From assembly GCA_041659405.1 (NCBI GenBank), contig JBAZYK010000002.1, forward strand, positions 60,001 through 92,000: a stretch of DNA of 32,000 nucleotides, given 5' to 3'. A program made the translations under genes and the position numbers. The notes beneath the pieces are model-generated. The model worked only from the letters and a program-made list of their open reading frames with translations. It searched no databases and had not been told where the DNA came from. The DNA comes from Candidatus Altimarinota bacterium. GTDB taxonomy: Bacteria; Patescibacteriota; Gracilibacteria; UBA1369. Each line of letters opens with the position of its first letter. Position 1 is the first letter of the stretch. Positions 20,264 through 32,000 of the stretch are shown piece after piece.

Positions 20264-20716
20264 ATGCAATTCAAAGTCCCACAAAACGTACAACGCGAAG
20301 ATCGCATCGTAGGACCATTAACACTCCGTCAGCTAATAATTTGTGGCATCGGTGGTGGAATCGCCTATGCTATTTATGTTTCTTTGGGCAAAGATTACAT
20401 TTGGATTACCTGGCTTCCACCGGTTGCAATCATCCTGGCAATAACCGCTCTTTTCGCCTTTATCAAGCCACTTGACCTAACTTTTGGAAAATTTATTCTA
20501 ACCTATCTCGAATTTCTATTACTCCCTCAAAAAAGAATTTGGATTCAGGCCAGCTCAGAAGTTTTAACAGCAGGATATCATCCAAAAACAAAATCCAGCG
20601 CTGAACAAAAAGCCGAAGAAAAAGCTCAATTAGTTGAAAATAAAGCCAAAAAAATCATGGAACTAAGCAGAATTCTGGACACCAAAAGCTCCGACGAAAA
20701 AATTGGCAGAGACTAA
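20264..20716 (+). CDS. PrgI-family small membrane protein
   Basis: 150 aa; [41 protein letters not shown]...[24 protein letters not shown] matches PrgI layout. Confidence 0.8.
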   Translation: MQFKVPQNVQREDRIVGPLTLRQLIICGIGGGIAYAIYVSLGKDYIWITWLPPVAIILAITALFAFIKPLDLTFGKFILTYLEFLLLPQKRIWIQASSEVLTAGYHPKTKSSAEQKAEEKAQLVENKAKKIMELSRILDTKSSDEKIGRD

Positions 20717-20748
20717 TTTTAAATACTACAACTCCTAATTACACAAAA

Positions 20749-21570
20749 ATGAACGATCAAAGCGTAAAACAAAGCCAATCCAAGAAAAATCCCAGTTCCA
20801 GTACTCAAATATATTTGAGAATTTCCGAAATCAGGGATAACACACTCGTGCTTAAAAACGGAGGCCTTCGTTCAGTTTTAAGAGTTTCCAGTATCAACTT
20901 CAACCTAAAATCGGAAGAAGAACAAAACGCGATTATCTATTCTTATCAATCATTTCTAAACACGCTTGAATTTCCTATTCAGATCGTAATCAGGTCAAAA
21001 AAACTCGATATTGATGAATATTTGGACAAACTCAAAAAAATCGGTGAAAAACAAACCAATCCGCTACTTCAAACTCAAACTTACGAATATATCGAATATA
21101 TCGCCAAGTTAGTGGAATATGCCGATATCATGGAAAAAGACTTTTTGGTTGTTGTTCCTGTAGATCCTTTCCGAGCACAAAAACCAAATATAGTACAAAA
21201 ATTCCTCCAAAACCTAAATGCCAAGGACTCATATGACTCGGTCAAACGTCGCCACCTGGAATTTGAAGAATTACGCAAAACACTCACTCAACGCTCCAGT
21301 TCAGTTAAAATTGGTTTGGAAAATTGTGGATTAAAAGCCGATGAGCTAACAACAAAAGAGCTTATCGAACTTTTCTACAACATCTACAATCCTTCAGTTG
21401 CCCGTTTTGAAAAAGTAAAAAATCCGGGCGAAACAACTATTCAATCCGACGAAGAAAAATCGACAGAATTTGTCGAAGTAAGCGAAGAAGCTAAGGAAAC
21501 ACCAAAGGAACTTCCAAAAGAAACGACAGAACAAGGAACTATTAAAAACCATTTAATTCGAGCAGAATGA
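20749..21570 (+). CDS. TraC/VirB4 N-terminal-domain-like protein without an ATPase domain
   Basis: 273 aa; GGLRSVLRVSSINFNLKSEEEQNAIIYSYQSFLNTLEFPIQIVIRSKKLDI is typical of the N-terminal region; no Walker A/B; acidic/Thr-rich tail. Confidence 0.72.
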   Translation: MNDQSVKQSQSKKNPSSSTQIYLRISEIRDNTLVLKNGGLRSVLRVSSINFNLKSEEEQNAIIYSYQSFLNTLEFPIQIVIRSKKLDIDEYLDKLKKIGEKQTNPLLQTQTYEYIEYIAKLVEYADIMEKDFLVVVPVDPFRAQKPNIVQKFLQNLNAKDSYDSVKRRHLEFEELRKTLTQRSSSVKIGLENCGLKADELTTKELIELFYNIYNPSVARFEKVKNPGETTIQSDEEKSTEFVEVSEEAKETPKELPKETTEQGTIKNHLIRAE

Positions 21571-21658
21571 GTAATTAAAAACTCATTAATGCAAGCGATA
21601 CAAGGAAACAAAAAAAATTACAACCGAGCTAATCGATTTAAGTAATTAAAAACTCATT
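21570..21658. repeat. 18 bp exact direct repeat (21570-21587 and 21641-21658)
   Basis: agtaattaaaaactcatt occurs twice, 71 bp apart. Confidence 0.85.
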
Positions 21659-21769
21659 TGAACAAGCAGTACTAGGAAGCAAATGAATTCCGACCGAGCA
21701 GTATTTTTATACTGAGAGGAAGGAATTTCATGTAGCTGACGACGTAATGCGCCGTTCAAATGAGTTTTT
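21648..21769. repeat. nested inverted-repeat structure between the TraC-N-like gene and 5S
   Basis: Perfect 16 bp arms AAAAACTCATTTGAAC (21648-21663) and GTTCAAATGAGTTTTT (21754-21769), enclosing AAATGAATTCC/GGAATTTCAT and CAGTAT-TTTT-ATACTG. Confidence 0.85.
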
Positions 21770-21781
21770 AAAAAGCACTGT

Positions 21782-21896
21782 CTTGGCAGCGCCCTACTTT
21801 CCCCTTACTGATAGTATGAGTATCATCGGCGAAGAGTGGCTTAACTTCTGTGTTCGGGATGGGAACAGGTGTACCCCACTCTCTAGAGCTACCAAG
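21782..21896 (-). rRNA. rrf: 5S rRNA
   Basis: Minus strand CTTGGTAG...ACACCTGTTCCCATCCCGAACACAGAAGTTAAGC...GGGGAAAGTAGG...CTGCCAAG. Confidence 0.95.
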
Positions 21897-22010
21897 ACAG
21901 TGCCTTCTAAAATATAAATTTTAAAGTAACACCGTCTTTTAAATTGGGCCTGAAAACATTTAATTCTGTTGTTTCGTTTCTTCTTATATCCAGATTTCGC
22001 TGGACGTTTG

Positions 22011-22043
22011 CCTGAATCTTCACTCAGCGCTAGTTAAAAGAAG
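22011..22043 (-). other. 3' arm of the putative 23S processing stem
   Basis: Minus CTTCTTTTAACTAGCGCTGAGTGAAGATTCAGG pairs imperfectly with the sequence at 25207-25238. Confidence 0.7.
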
Positions 22044-22126
22044 CCATCGTGTGCCAGTACTCAATCCCGCCAAGGCGGGACTAAGTACTGACACAATGTA
22101 CTTTTTACGGCCGTGCCGTAAAGATA

Positions 22127-25203
<3,077 letters not shown>

Positions 25204-25206
25204 ACC

Positions 25207-25238
25207 CTTTTAACTAGCTGTGAGCAAAGACTCAAAGC
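25207..25238 (-). other. 5' arm of the putative 23S processing stem
   Basis: Plus strand ctttttaactagctgtgagcaaagactcaaag aligns with the 3' flank of 23S; the pair encloses 23S. Confidence 0.7.
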
Positions 25239-25307
25239 TAATTAAGATCGAAACTAACATTTATTATTATATTTAATTTACAGAATTTTAATGTTCTACT
25301 GCCCAAT

Positions 25308-25319
25308 TGTTAAAGATCA
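25308..25319 (-). promoter_or_regulatory. boxA-like antitermination element in the 23S leader
   Basis: TGATCTTTAACA; 11/12 identical to the element in the 16S leader. Confidence 0.7.
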
Positions 25320-25358
25320 CTATCTGGACCGGGAATAATTCCCAATCCTTTCCTTCAT

Positions 25359-25387
25359 AAAAAAAGGAGTGTGCCTACGCACACCCC
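25359..25387 (-). terminator. intrinsic terminator-like hairpin in the 23S leader
   Basis: Minus GGGGTGTGC-GTAG-GCACACTCC followed by T7; 9 bp stem with one G-T wobble. Confidence 0.8.
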
Positions 25388-25440
25388 TCAACCTAAAGTA
25401 AGCCGTCTTTCGCTTACCTCTTTAAGTTAAGGGGTATGTG
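25380..25440 (-). promoter_or_regulatory. candidate anti-terminator structure, mutually exclusive with 25359-25387
   Basis: CACATACCCCTTAAC (25426-25440) pairs with GTTGAGGGGTGTG (25380-25392), enclosing a TAAAG..GTAAGC/GCTTACTTTA hairpin. Confidence 0.6.
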
Positions 25441-25499
25441 TATGAATTGTTGCATTCAGGGGATACTTTTTAACTGCTTTTCAAAAATAAAGCCATTTG

Positions 25500-25528
25500 A
25501 TTATAGGCAACGAGTTACCCAAAGTCAA
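25500..25528 (-). promoter_or_regulatory. strong candidate promoter for the 23S-5S unit
   Basis: Minus strand TTGACT-N17-TATAAT, downstream of the 25545-25790 stop codon. Confidence 0.8.
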
Positions 25529-25544
25529 GGATTTATTTGCGAAT

Positions 25545-25790
25545 TTATGAAATACCAAAGAATGGGCCAAGCAAGCCATGAAAAAGGTCCTGGAATGTTC
25601 CCAAAGCGAACATTAATGACAAAAAAGAAATGACAATTCCCAGTATAATAAAAAAAGTATAAGTCCCGCCTGAACCAAGATATTGTTCCGCAAACGCAAT
25701 GTTTCCGAAAAACTGCTTAATCTGATAACGATAAATCATTAACAAAAAGCCACCTGGAATACCTATAATAGCAACTAAGAATCTAGACAT
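25545..25790 (-). CDS. small membrane protein of unknown function, two predicted TM segments
   Basis: 81 aa: MSRFLVAIIGIPGGFLLMIYRYQIKQFFGNIAFAEQYLGSGGTYTFFIILGIVISFLSLMFALGTFQDLFHGLLGPFFGIS. Confidence 0.7.
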   Translation of the reverse strand: MSRFLVAIIGIPGGFLLMIYRYQIKQFFGNIAFAEQYLGSGGTYTFFIILGIVISFLSLMFALGTFQDLFHGLLGPFFGIS

Positions 25791-26087
25791 GTTTATTATT
25801 TAGATCACCCAATGATAGCATTTTTTCAAGATAAATTCAACATTGATAAGGTGATTTTTCTTTACTGTAAGCTAACATAGACCACCCTGTCCGACTTTCA
25901 ATTAAGGCATTCTCTGTAAATTTAAACTTCTAACGGTCAGTTCCAATTCTTTGATATTGGGATTTCTTGAAAATTCCTGGGATTTTTCATATGAATCCAA
26001 GAACTTTATCAAATTTTTTAATACCTGGTAAGAACGTGAAGTGGTTTTCATTTGGAATTTGTTAAGATTTAAGTTCGTTCTGAGTAT

Positions 26088-26107
26088 AGGTGAGTATACA
26101 CTCACCT
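26088..26107. promoter_or_regulatory. perfect palindrome upstream of hemW, possible operator
   Basis: AGGTGAGT-ATAC-ACTCACCT, 8 bp arms, just upstream of a TATAAT-like box. Confidence 0.45.
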
Positions 26108-26197
26108 GTCAAACTAATTTTTTATAATTTGGCAAAAAAGCAAAAGAAAGCCATAATCTTTACAATTACGGATTAAGAATTATTAATTATAAATTTT

Positions 26198-27334
26198 TTG
26201 TTAAAAGCTAAAGCTGACAAACCCGAAGACCTTTCCCTATATATACACATTCCGTTTTGCAAAACGATCTGTCTTTACTGCAATTTTTTGACGTTTGCCC
26301 ACAAAAACAAATGGATCCCGGATTACGTTGAAGCGGTTTGCAAAGAAATCGCATCATCTTCAAAAAAACATAATCAGCGCATAATTAAAAGCATTTACTT
26401 TGGCGGAGGAACGCCCAGTTTAATCGAAAGCAAGTACATCCACAAAATTCTTCAAACCATCTCAAAACATTTTAAACTTCAACCAAGCCTGGAAATCAGT
26501 ATTGAATGTAATCCGGAAAGCGTGAATGTGGATAAGTTGAAAGATTACGTCAAAATGGGCATCAACCGGTTTTCTTTGGGAATTCAAAGTTTTAACCAGG
26601 AAACCTTACGTAGAATTGCCCGCCCCCATAATCGCGAAACAATTTTCAAGGCACTCGAAGCCATTAAAGAAGCAAAAATCAAAAACTTTGGAGCAGACTT
26701 TATAATGGGACTACCCGATCAAACTCTTACTTCATTTAAAAAAGAGGTTTCAACTATCCTCAAATATAAGCCCACTCACCTCTCTTACTATTTTTTGTCG
26801 TATGATACCAAAAAAATCGACCTGTTTATCAAAGACTGCCCAAACGATGAAGAGCAAATCAAATACTATGAATACCTGACTCGCACACTCAAAAGAAAAG
26901 GATTCAAACATTATGAAGTCTCCAATTATGCCTTGCCCGGATTTGAGTGTCTTCATAACCAAAGATATTGGCAACAAAAGGATTACCTTGGCCTTGGCTT
27001 GGGCGCACACTCTATTGTGGATGGACAAATGTGGGAAAATCAAAAAAACTTTGAAGCTTATTTGCAAAATCCCGCCAAAATTGAAAATGAAATGGAGATT
27101 GATTCCGATCTTAAGCGCATGGAATACATTATGTTAAGCCTGCGAACAATTGAAGGTCTTGATCTTGCACACTATGAACAAGAATTTGGCCACAAACAAG
27201 ATAACGTGCAAAAACTTCTGCTCAACGCCGATGAATACATCAAATCAAAACACTTAAAAAAAGATCATAACAGCTTAAAAGCCACCGAAAAAGGTTTTTT
27301 GATTCTGGAGAAGATTACCCACGATTTAATTTAG
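26198..27334 (+). CDS. hemW: HemW-type radical SAM protein
   Basis: 378 aa; LYIHIPFCKTICLYCNF (CxxxCxxC), IYFGGGTPSL, IECNPESVNVDKL, INRFSLGIQSFN, LGLGLGAHS. Confidence 0.92.
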   Translation: MLKAKADKPEDLSLYIHIPFCKTICLYCNFLTFAHKNKWIPDYVEAVCKEIASSSKKHNQRIIKSIYFGGGTPSLIESKYIHKILQTISKHFKLQPSLEISIECNPESVNVDKLKDYVKMGINRFSLGIQSFNQETLRRIARPHNRETIFKALEAIKEAKIKNFGADFIMGLPDQTLTSFKKEVSTILKYKPTHLSYYFLSYDTKKIDLFIKDCPNDEEQIKYYEYLTRTLKRKGFKHYEVSNYALPGFECLHNQRYWQQKDYLGLGLGAHSIVDGQMWENQKNFEAYLQNPAKIENEMEIDSDLKRMEYIMLSLRTIEGLDLAHYEQEFGHKQDNVQKLLLNADEYIKSKHLKKDHNSLKATEKGFLILEKITHDLI

Positions 27335-28171
27335 ACGTTTATTTAAACGCTCCGATTTCTCTTTCAAAAATTTAACCATTTCCAAAGCCACATCCTGTTT
27401 TAGTACTTGATGAGCCCGCACAAAGTTGCATGGAAAATTGACCTCTGCCACATAGAACTTTCCATCACTTTCTAAAACATCAACTCCACCAAACTCCAAA
27501 TCCAAAAGATGCGTAGCCTTTATAGCCAACTCTTCCATCTTTTTAGGATATTTTTTGGCCTTAATGCGCGGAGATGTGGATTCATTGGTACGAAAATCCT
27601 TATTAATTTTAAGATATTCCAGGCTCGCGATAACTTTATCCCCCAAAACAATGAACCTGGCTGAAGCTTTTGTAGGGATAAACTGCCTCAAAACAAGCAA
27701 CTTATTCTGAAATAAAAGAAAATCGACAATTCCATATAAAGAGGAAAACGACCCCACTTTCATCACGCCCATTCCCCTGCTTCCACCCAAAGCTTTAATC
27801 ACAATCGGAAAACCTCCCAAAGCCTTTACATATTTTTGAAGTTTAGCGCGATCTTTAGTCACGCAAAAAATAGTCTTTGGAGAAAGATCGTTATCTTTAA
27901 GCAAAATAAAAGGATCCTTAAATCGAAGCAAAGGATCTTGATTAAAGGTTACCACTCCGGGCTGAAGTATATAACTCTCAAAAGTCTGCAAAATTTTGCC
28001 TCTGCTAACACGATAAACCAAATCCCCTTTCTTTACAGGCGACGGTTTGGAAAAATCAAAACTCAAAGGATCAAGAGCCTTAAAGGCTACCTTTAATTTT
28101 TGACAAGCCTTCTCCAGCAACCGAACACGGTCCGGATCAACGCCTGGCAAATGAAGAACATAAAAAACCAT
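27326..28171 (-). CDS. RimK/LysX-like ATP-grasp protein
   Basis: 281 aa; FPIVIKALGGSRGMGVMKV, LVLRQFIP, DLEFGGVDVLESDGKFYVAEVN. Overlaps the 3' end of hemW by 9 nt (convergent). Confidence 0.83.
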   Translation of the reverse strand: MVFYVLHLPGVDPDRVRLLEKACQKLKVAFKALDPLSFDFSKPSPVKKGDLVYRVSRGKILQTFESYILQPGVVTFNQDPLLRFKDPFILLKDNDLSPKTIFCVTKDRAKLQKYVKALGGFPIVIKALGGSRGMGVMKVGSFSSLYGIVDFLLFQNKLLVLRQFIPTKASARFIVLGDKVIASLEYLKINKDFRTNESTSPRIKAKKYPKKMEELAIKATHLLDLEFGGVDVLESDGKFYVAEVNFPCNFVRAHQVLKQDVALEMVKFLKEKSERLNKRLN

Positions 28172-28185
28172 CTGGATTGAATAAA

Positions 28186-28262
28186 TGGTGGGCGGGAGAG
28201 GACTTGAACCTCTGACCTCGTCATTATCAGTGACGCGCTCTAACCAACTGAGCTACTCGCCC
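28186..28262 (-). tRNA. tRNA-Ile(GAU), CCA encoded
   Basis: GGGCGAG...CGTCA-CTGATAA-TGACG...TTCAAGT...CCCGCCC-ACCA; 77 nt. Confidence 0.94.
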
Positions 28263-28300
28263 AAAAGATGTGAGAAAATCGTTTCCGGTACATTAAACCT

Positions 28301-28377
28301 TGGTGGAGCCTAAGGGAGTCGAACCCTTGACCTCCTCGGTGCAAACGAGGCGCTCTGGCCAGCTGAGCTAAGGCCCC
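28301..28377 (-). tRNA. tRNA-Ala(UGC), CCA encoded
   Basis: GGGGCCT...CCTCG-TTTGCAC-CGAGG...TTCGACT...AGGCTCC-ACCA with G3-U70. Confidence 0.96.
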
Positions 28378-28408
28378 ACATTGTGGTTCATCTTTTCAAA
28401 ACGCGAAC

Positions 28409-28436
28409 ATTATAAAGAAGTCGCCCAAATTTGCAA
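28409..28436 (-). promoter_or_regulatory. candidate promoter for tRNA-Ala/tRNA-Ile and the ATP-grasp gene
   Basis: TTGCAA-N16-TATAAT on the minus strand, upstream of tRNA-Ala. Confidence 0.7.
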
Positions 28437-28532
28437 ATCAATTTAATTTAAATTGTACTAAACTGGAACAAAACCATTCAAAAATCAATACAGAAGAATA
28501 AAACAAACCGTATTTAAATGCATCTTAAAAGC

Positions 28533-28565
28533 AAAAAAGAGCCCCGCCGAAGCAGGACTCTTTTT
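28533..28565 (-). terminator. intrinsic terminator after the zinc-ribbon gene
   Basis: Minus AAAAAGAGTCCTGC-TTCG-GCGGGGCTCTTTTTT. Confidence 0.88.
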
Positions 28566-28585
28566 CTAATATCAAATTGATTCAA

Positions 28586-28861
28586 TTACGCCATTCTTCT
28601 TTTGCCGCCTTTAGCGTCAAAACAAGCGCGACATAAAACTGGACGGTCACCCTTTGGAACAAAAGGAACCTCAGTCTCAACTCCGCATTCGGAGCAGTTT
28701 ACCTTAGTGAAAGAAAGCTTTCTGTTATCTTTCTTTTCTCTGCGGCAATTGCCACAACGTTTTGGATCTTGGAAACCTTTTTCAGCAAAGAACTGTTGTT
28801 CTTCAGCTGTAAATTCAAAAGGTTGACCACAATCCTGACAAGTTAATGTTTTACTTTCCAT
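28586..28861 (-). CDS. small zinc-ribbon protein with multiple CxxC motifs
   Basis: 91 aa; CQDCGQPFEFTAEEQQFFAEKGFQDPKRCGNCRREKK...CSECGVETEVPFVPKGDRPVLCRACF. Confidence 0.85.
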   Translation of the reverse strand: MESKTLTCQDCGQPFEFTAEEQQFFAEKGFQDPKRCGNCRREKKDNRKLSFTKVNCSECGVETEVPFVPKGDRPVLCRACFDAKGGKRRMA

Positions 28862-28995
28862 GTGAACGATGTATAAAAAATAAAGTTTCTCCCTTAAACC
28901 TGGAAACCTCGGGAGATGTTGTTACTCGACCTTTATAGAAACGTCCCGATGTGATTCCCCTGAAAAAAAGAGTTTTTCTTGGTATGTTTAATACC

Positions 28996-29021
28996 CAGAA
29001 TGTAATAGAGAAGTAGCATGC
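28996..29021 (-). other. 3' arm of the putative 16S processing stem
   Basis: CAGAATGTAATAGAGAAGTAGCATGC, complementary (15 nt perfect core) to 30724-30747. Confidence 0.8.
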
Positions 29022-29091
29022 ACCTCGCTTGCGCGAGGCTCGACCTAGAAGGTTCCTATGAATAAATTCATAAGTCTTCTAATATCTCCTA

Positions 29092-30592
<1,501 letters not shown>

Positions 30593-30723
30593 AAATTCAA
30601 CCCTAAGGTTGAAAATAGCAAAGAAATTTGAATTCTTGCTTGCTTTGATTCTGGCGAACCAAAGACTTAATTTTTAATTTAGTACGACATTTGCTTTCCG
30701 GGGAGGAAAACAAATGCAATTAC

Positions 30724-30747
30724 GCATGACTTCTCTATTACATCCTG
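30724..30747 (-). other. 5' arm of the putative 16S processing stem
   Basis: Plus gcatgacttctctattacatcctg, inverted match to 28996-29021. Confidence 0.8.
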
Positions 30748-30749
30748 AA

Positions 30750-30761
30750 TGTTAAAGAACA
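30750..30761 (-). promoter_or_regulatory. boxA-like element in the 16S leader
   Basis: TGTTCTTTAACA, close to the canonical rRNA boxA TGCTCTTTAACA. Confidence 0.75.
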
Positions 30762-30806
30762 AACCAAATGCTTGTGAGCACATAAAACATACTCGAAAGC
30801 AGGACA

Positions 30807-30835
30807 ATTTTAGTGAATGGGGTCGACGAAGTCAA
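30807..30835 (-). promoter_or_regulatory. strong candidate promoter for 16S
   Basis: TTGACT-N17-TAAAAT on the minus strand. Confidence 0.8.
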
Positions 30836-31167
30836 GAAGATTTTTACAATTTCTTTATGGCGAACCGATTAAACCAATTTTAACGCAGCAGTTAACTATT
30901 ACACAGCCCCCTGTTCAACCCTAAATCTCTGTTTTAAACCATAAAAAAAATTTTATTTCTCTAATAATTTTAAAACTTCACACTTAAATAAAGTCCCCAT
31001 TTTTAAAAGTTTAGAAGGAATTTAGAGTTTATAAAACTTTGAAAAACCATAAACCTCTCAACAGGCACAACATTTCACATGAACATGTCAAGGAACTTGC
31101 TCATCTCAAAGCCAATAAAATATGGTACAATATCTCAGACAAAAATAAATTTTTCACTTTAAACAAT

Positions 31168-31818
31168 ATGCAATTTCAACAAGGCCAGACCCAAGGAGGA
31201 CAAGCTCAACCAATCAGTAACAATATTCTTATTCCTACAGTAATAGAGAAAACCAGTATGGGCGAACGAGCTTATGACATTTATTCTCGTCTTTTAAAGG
31301 ATCGCATCATTTTTTTGGGCACCGCTATTAATGATGCTGTCGCAAACACAATCATTGCCCAGCTTTTATTTTTGGAGAGTGAAAATCCTAAAAAGGACAT
31401 CACCATATATATTCAAAGTCCGGGCGGACACGTAACTGCGGGACTTGCGATTTACGACACCATGCAACACATCCAACCGGAAGTTTCAACCGTTTGCGTT
31501 GGCATGGCTGCTTCAATGGGCGCGATTATATTGGCCGGAGGAGCAAAAGGTAAACGTTTTTGTTTACCAAATGCAGAAGTTATGATTCATCAACCTCTTG
31601 GTGGAACCGAAGGTCAAGCGAGCGACATCTTCATTCATGCAACTCATATTATCAACACTAAAGACCGCCTTAACAAAATTTTAGCTGAACATACCGGTCA
31701 ACCACTAAAAGTCATTGAAAAAGACACCGACCGCGATAACTTTATGTCTGCCGACGATGCCATGAAGTACGGATTGGTTGATAAGGTCATCAAAAAAAGA
31801 CCGGCAACCTCAAACTAA
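31168..31818 (+). CDS. clpP: ATP-dependent Clp protease proteolytic subunit
   Basis: [87 protein letters not shown] opens at 31039; start at 31168 is more likely. Confidence 0.96.
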   Translation: MQFQQGQTQGGQAQPISNNILIPTVIEKTSMGERAYDIYSRLLKDRIIFLGTAINDAVANTIIAQLLFLESENPKKDITIYIQSPGGHVTAGLAIYDTMQHIQPEVSTVCVGMAASMGAIILAGGAKGKRFCLPNAEVMIHQPLGGTEGQASDIFIHATHIINTKDRLNKILAEHTGQPLKVIEKDTDRDNFMSADDAMKYGLVDKVIKKRPATSN

Positions 31819-31858
31819 TCTTACATAAATAAAAACATAAGGCTTAGCTCTTAACAGA

Positions 31859-32000
31859 CTAGGCCTTTATTTTTTGCTTCTTTTCTTTTGAAGCCAAATG
31901 ACTCTTGGCAAATTCAATGGCATATTCCACAAATTTTTTGCCAACATCCACTTGAGTTGCCTCCACTAAACCAATAAAACCGGGATTGGAATTAACTTCC
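31859..32000 (-). CDS. C-terminal fragment of a RimK-like ATP-grasp protein, partial
   Basis: Minus strand EVNSNPGFIGLVEATQVDVGKKFVEYAIEFAKSHLASKEKKQKIKA*, matching the RimK EVNSSPG...E..TGVD tail. Confidence 0.72.
   Translation of the reverse strand, partial: EVNSNPGFIGLVEATQVDVGKKFVEYAIEFAKSHLASKEKKQKIKA

Noticed and set aside
18343-20307. 50 aa N-terminal extension of the lepA ORF
   Set aside because: The canonical LepA N-terminus begins at the internal Met (20157); the extension is Cys/Ser-rich, non-homologous and overlaps the opposite-strand prgI promoter region.
22049-22094. Strong hairpin GTGTGCCAGTACT..CCCGCC-AA-GGCGGG..AGTACTGACAC
   Set aside because: Lies in the 23S-5S spacer inside the putative processing-stem region, so it is treated as ordinary rRNA spacer structure. 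It has no T-run for termination.
25902-26105. 67 aa minus-strand ORF upstream of hemW
   Set aside because: Starts inside the palindrome, has no recognisable family and no clear translation signal. A shorter version from 26051 cannot be excluded.

Overview
Chromosomal segment from a bacterium with small, compact gene arrangement. Gene content suggests a Patescibacteria/CPR relative; this is inference only. TGA is used as a stop, so no code-25 recoding. Contents left to right: a minus-strand his operon (hisS-hisG short form-hisD-hisC) with a TrpR/YerC-like regulator gene upstream; purA; an MgtA-like P-type ATPase; tRNA-Val; a two-gene unit of a soluble MgtE-type sensor (PRC + MgtE_N + CBS, no channel domain) and a divergent NRAMP transporter; a secreted Ala/Lys-rich helical protein; tRNA-Leu; folate cyclo-ligase and glyA; a SpoIIE-type phosphatase; a membrane-anchored solute-binding protein; lepA; a PrgI-like and TraC/VirB4-N-like pair; then a dispersed rRNA region. 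The rRNA region has 5S and 23S, a small membrane protein, hemW on the opposite strand, an ATP-grasp enzyme, tRNA-Ile, tRNA-Ala, a zinc-ribbon protein, 16S, clpP and a partial ATP-grasp. Main points of interest: (1) the 16S, the tRNA pair and the 23S-5S each appear to have their own promoter, and 16S and 23S each have a boxA and a flanking processing stem; (2) the 23S leader contains a terminator and a mutually exclusive anti-terminator, resembling an attenuator; (3) the MgtE-sensor/NRAMP pair looks like a split Mg2+ uptake system; (4) a ~120 bp element with a conserved 33-codon ORF occurs twice beside tRNA genes and flanks that cassette; (5) a nested ~122 nt inverted-repeat structure lies just beyond 5S. 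All calls are by eye, with no database search or folding run.
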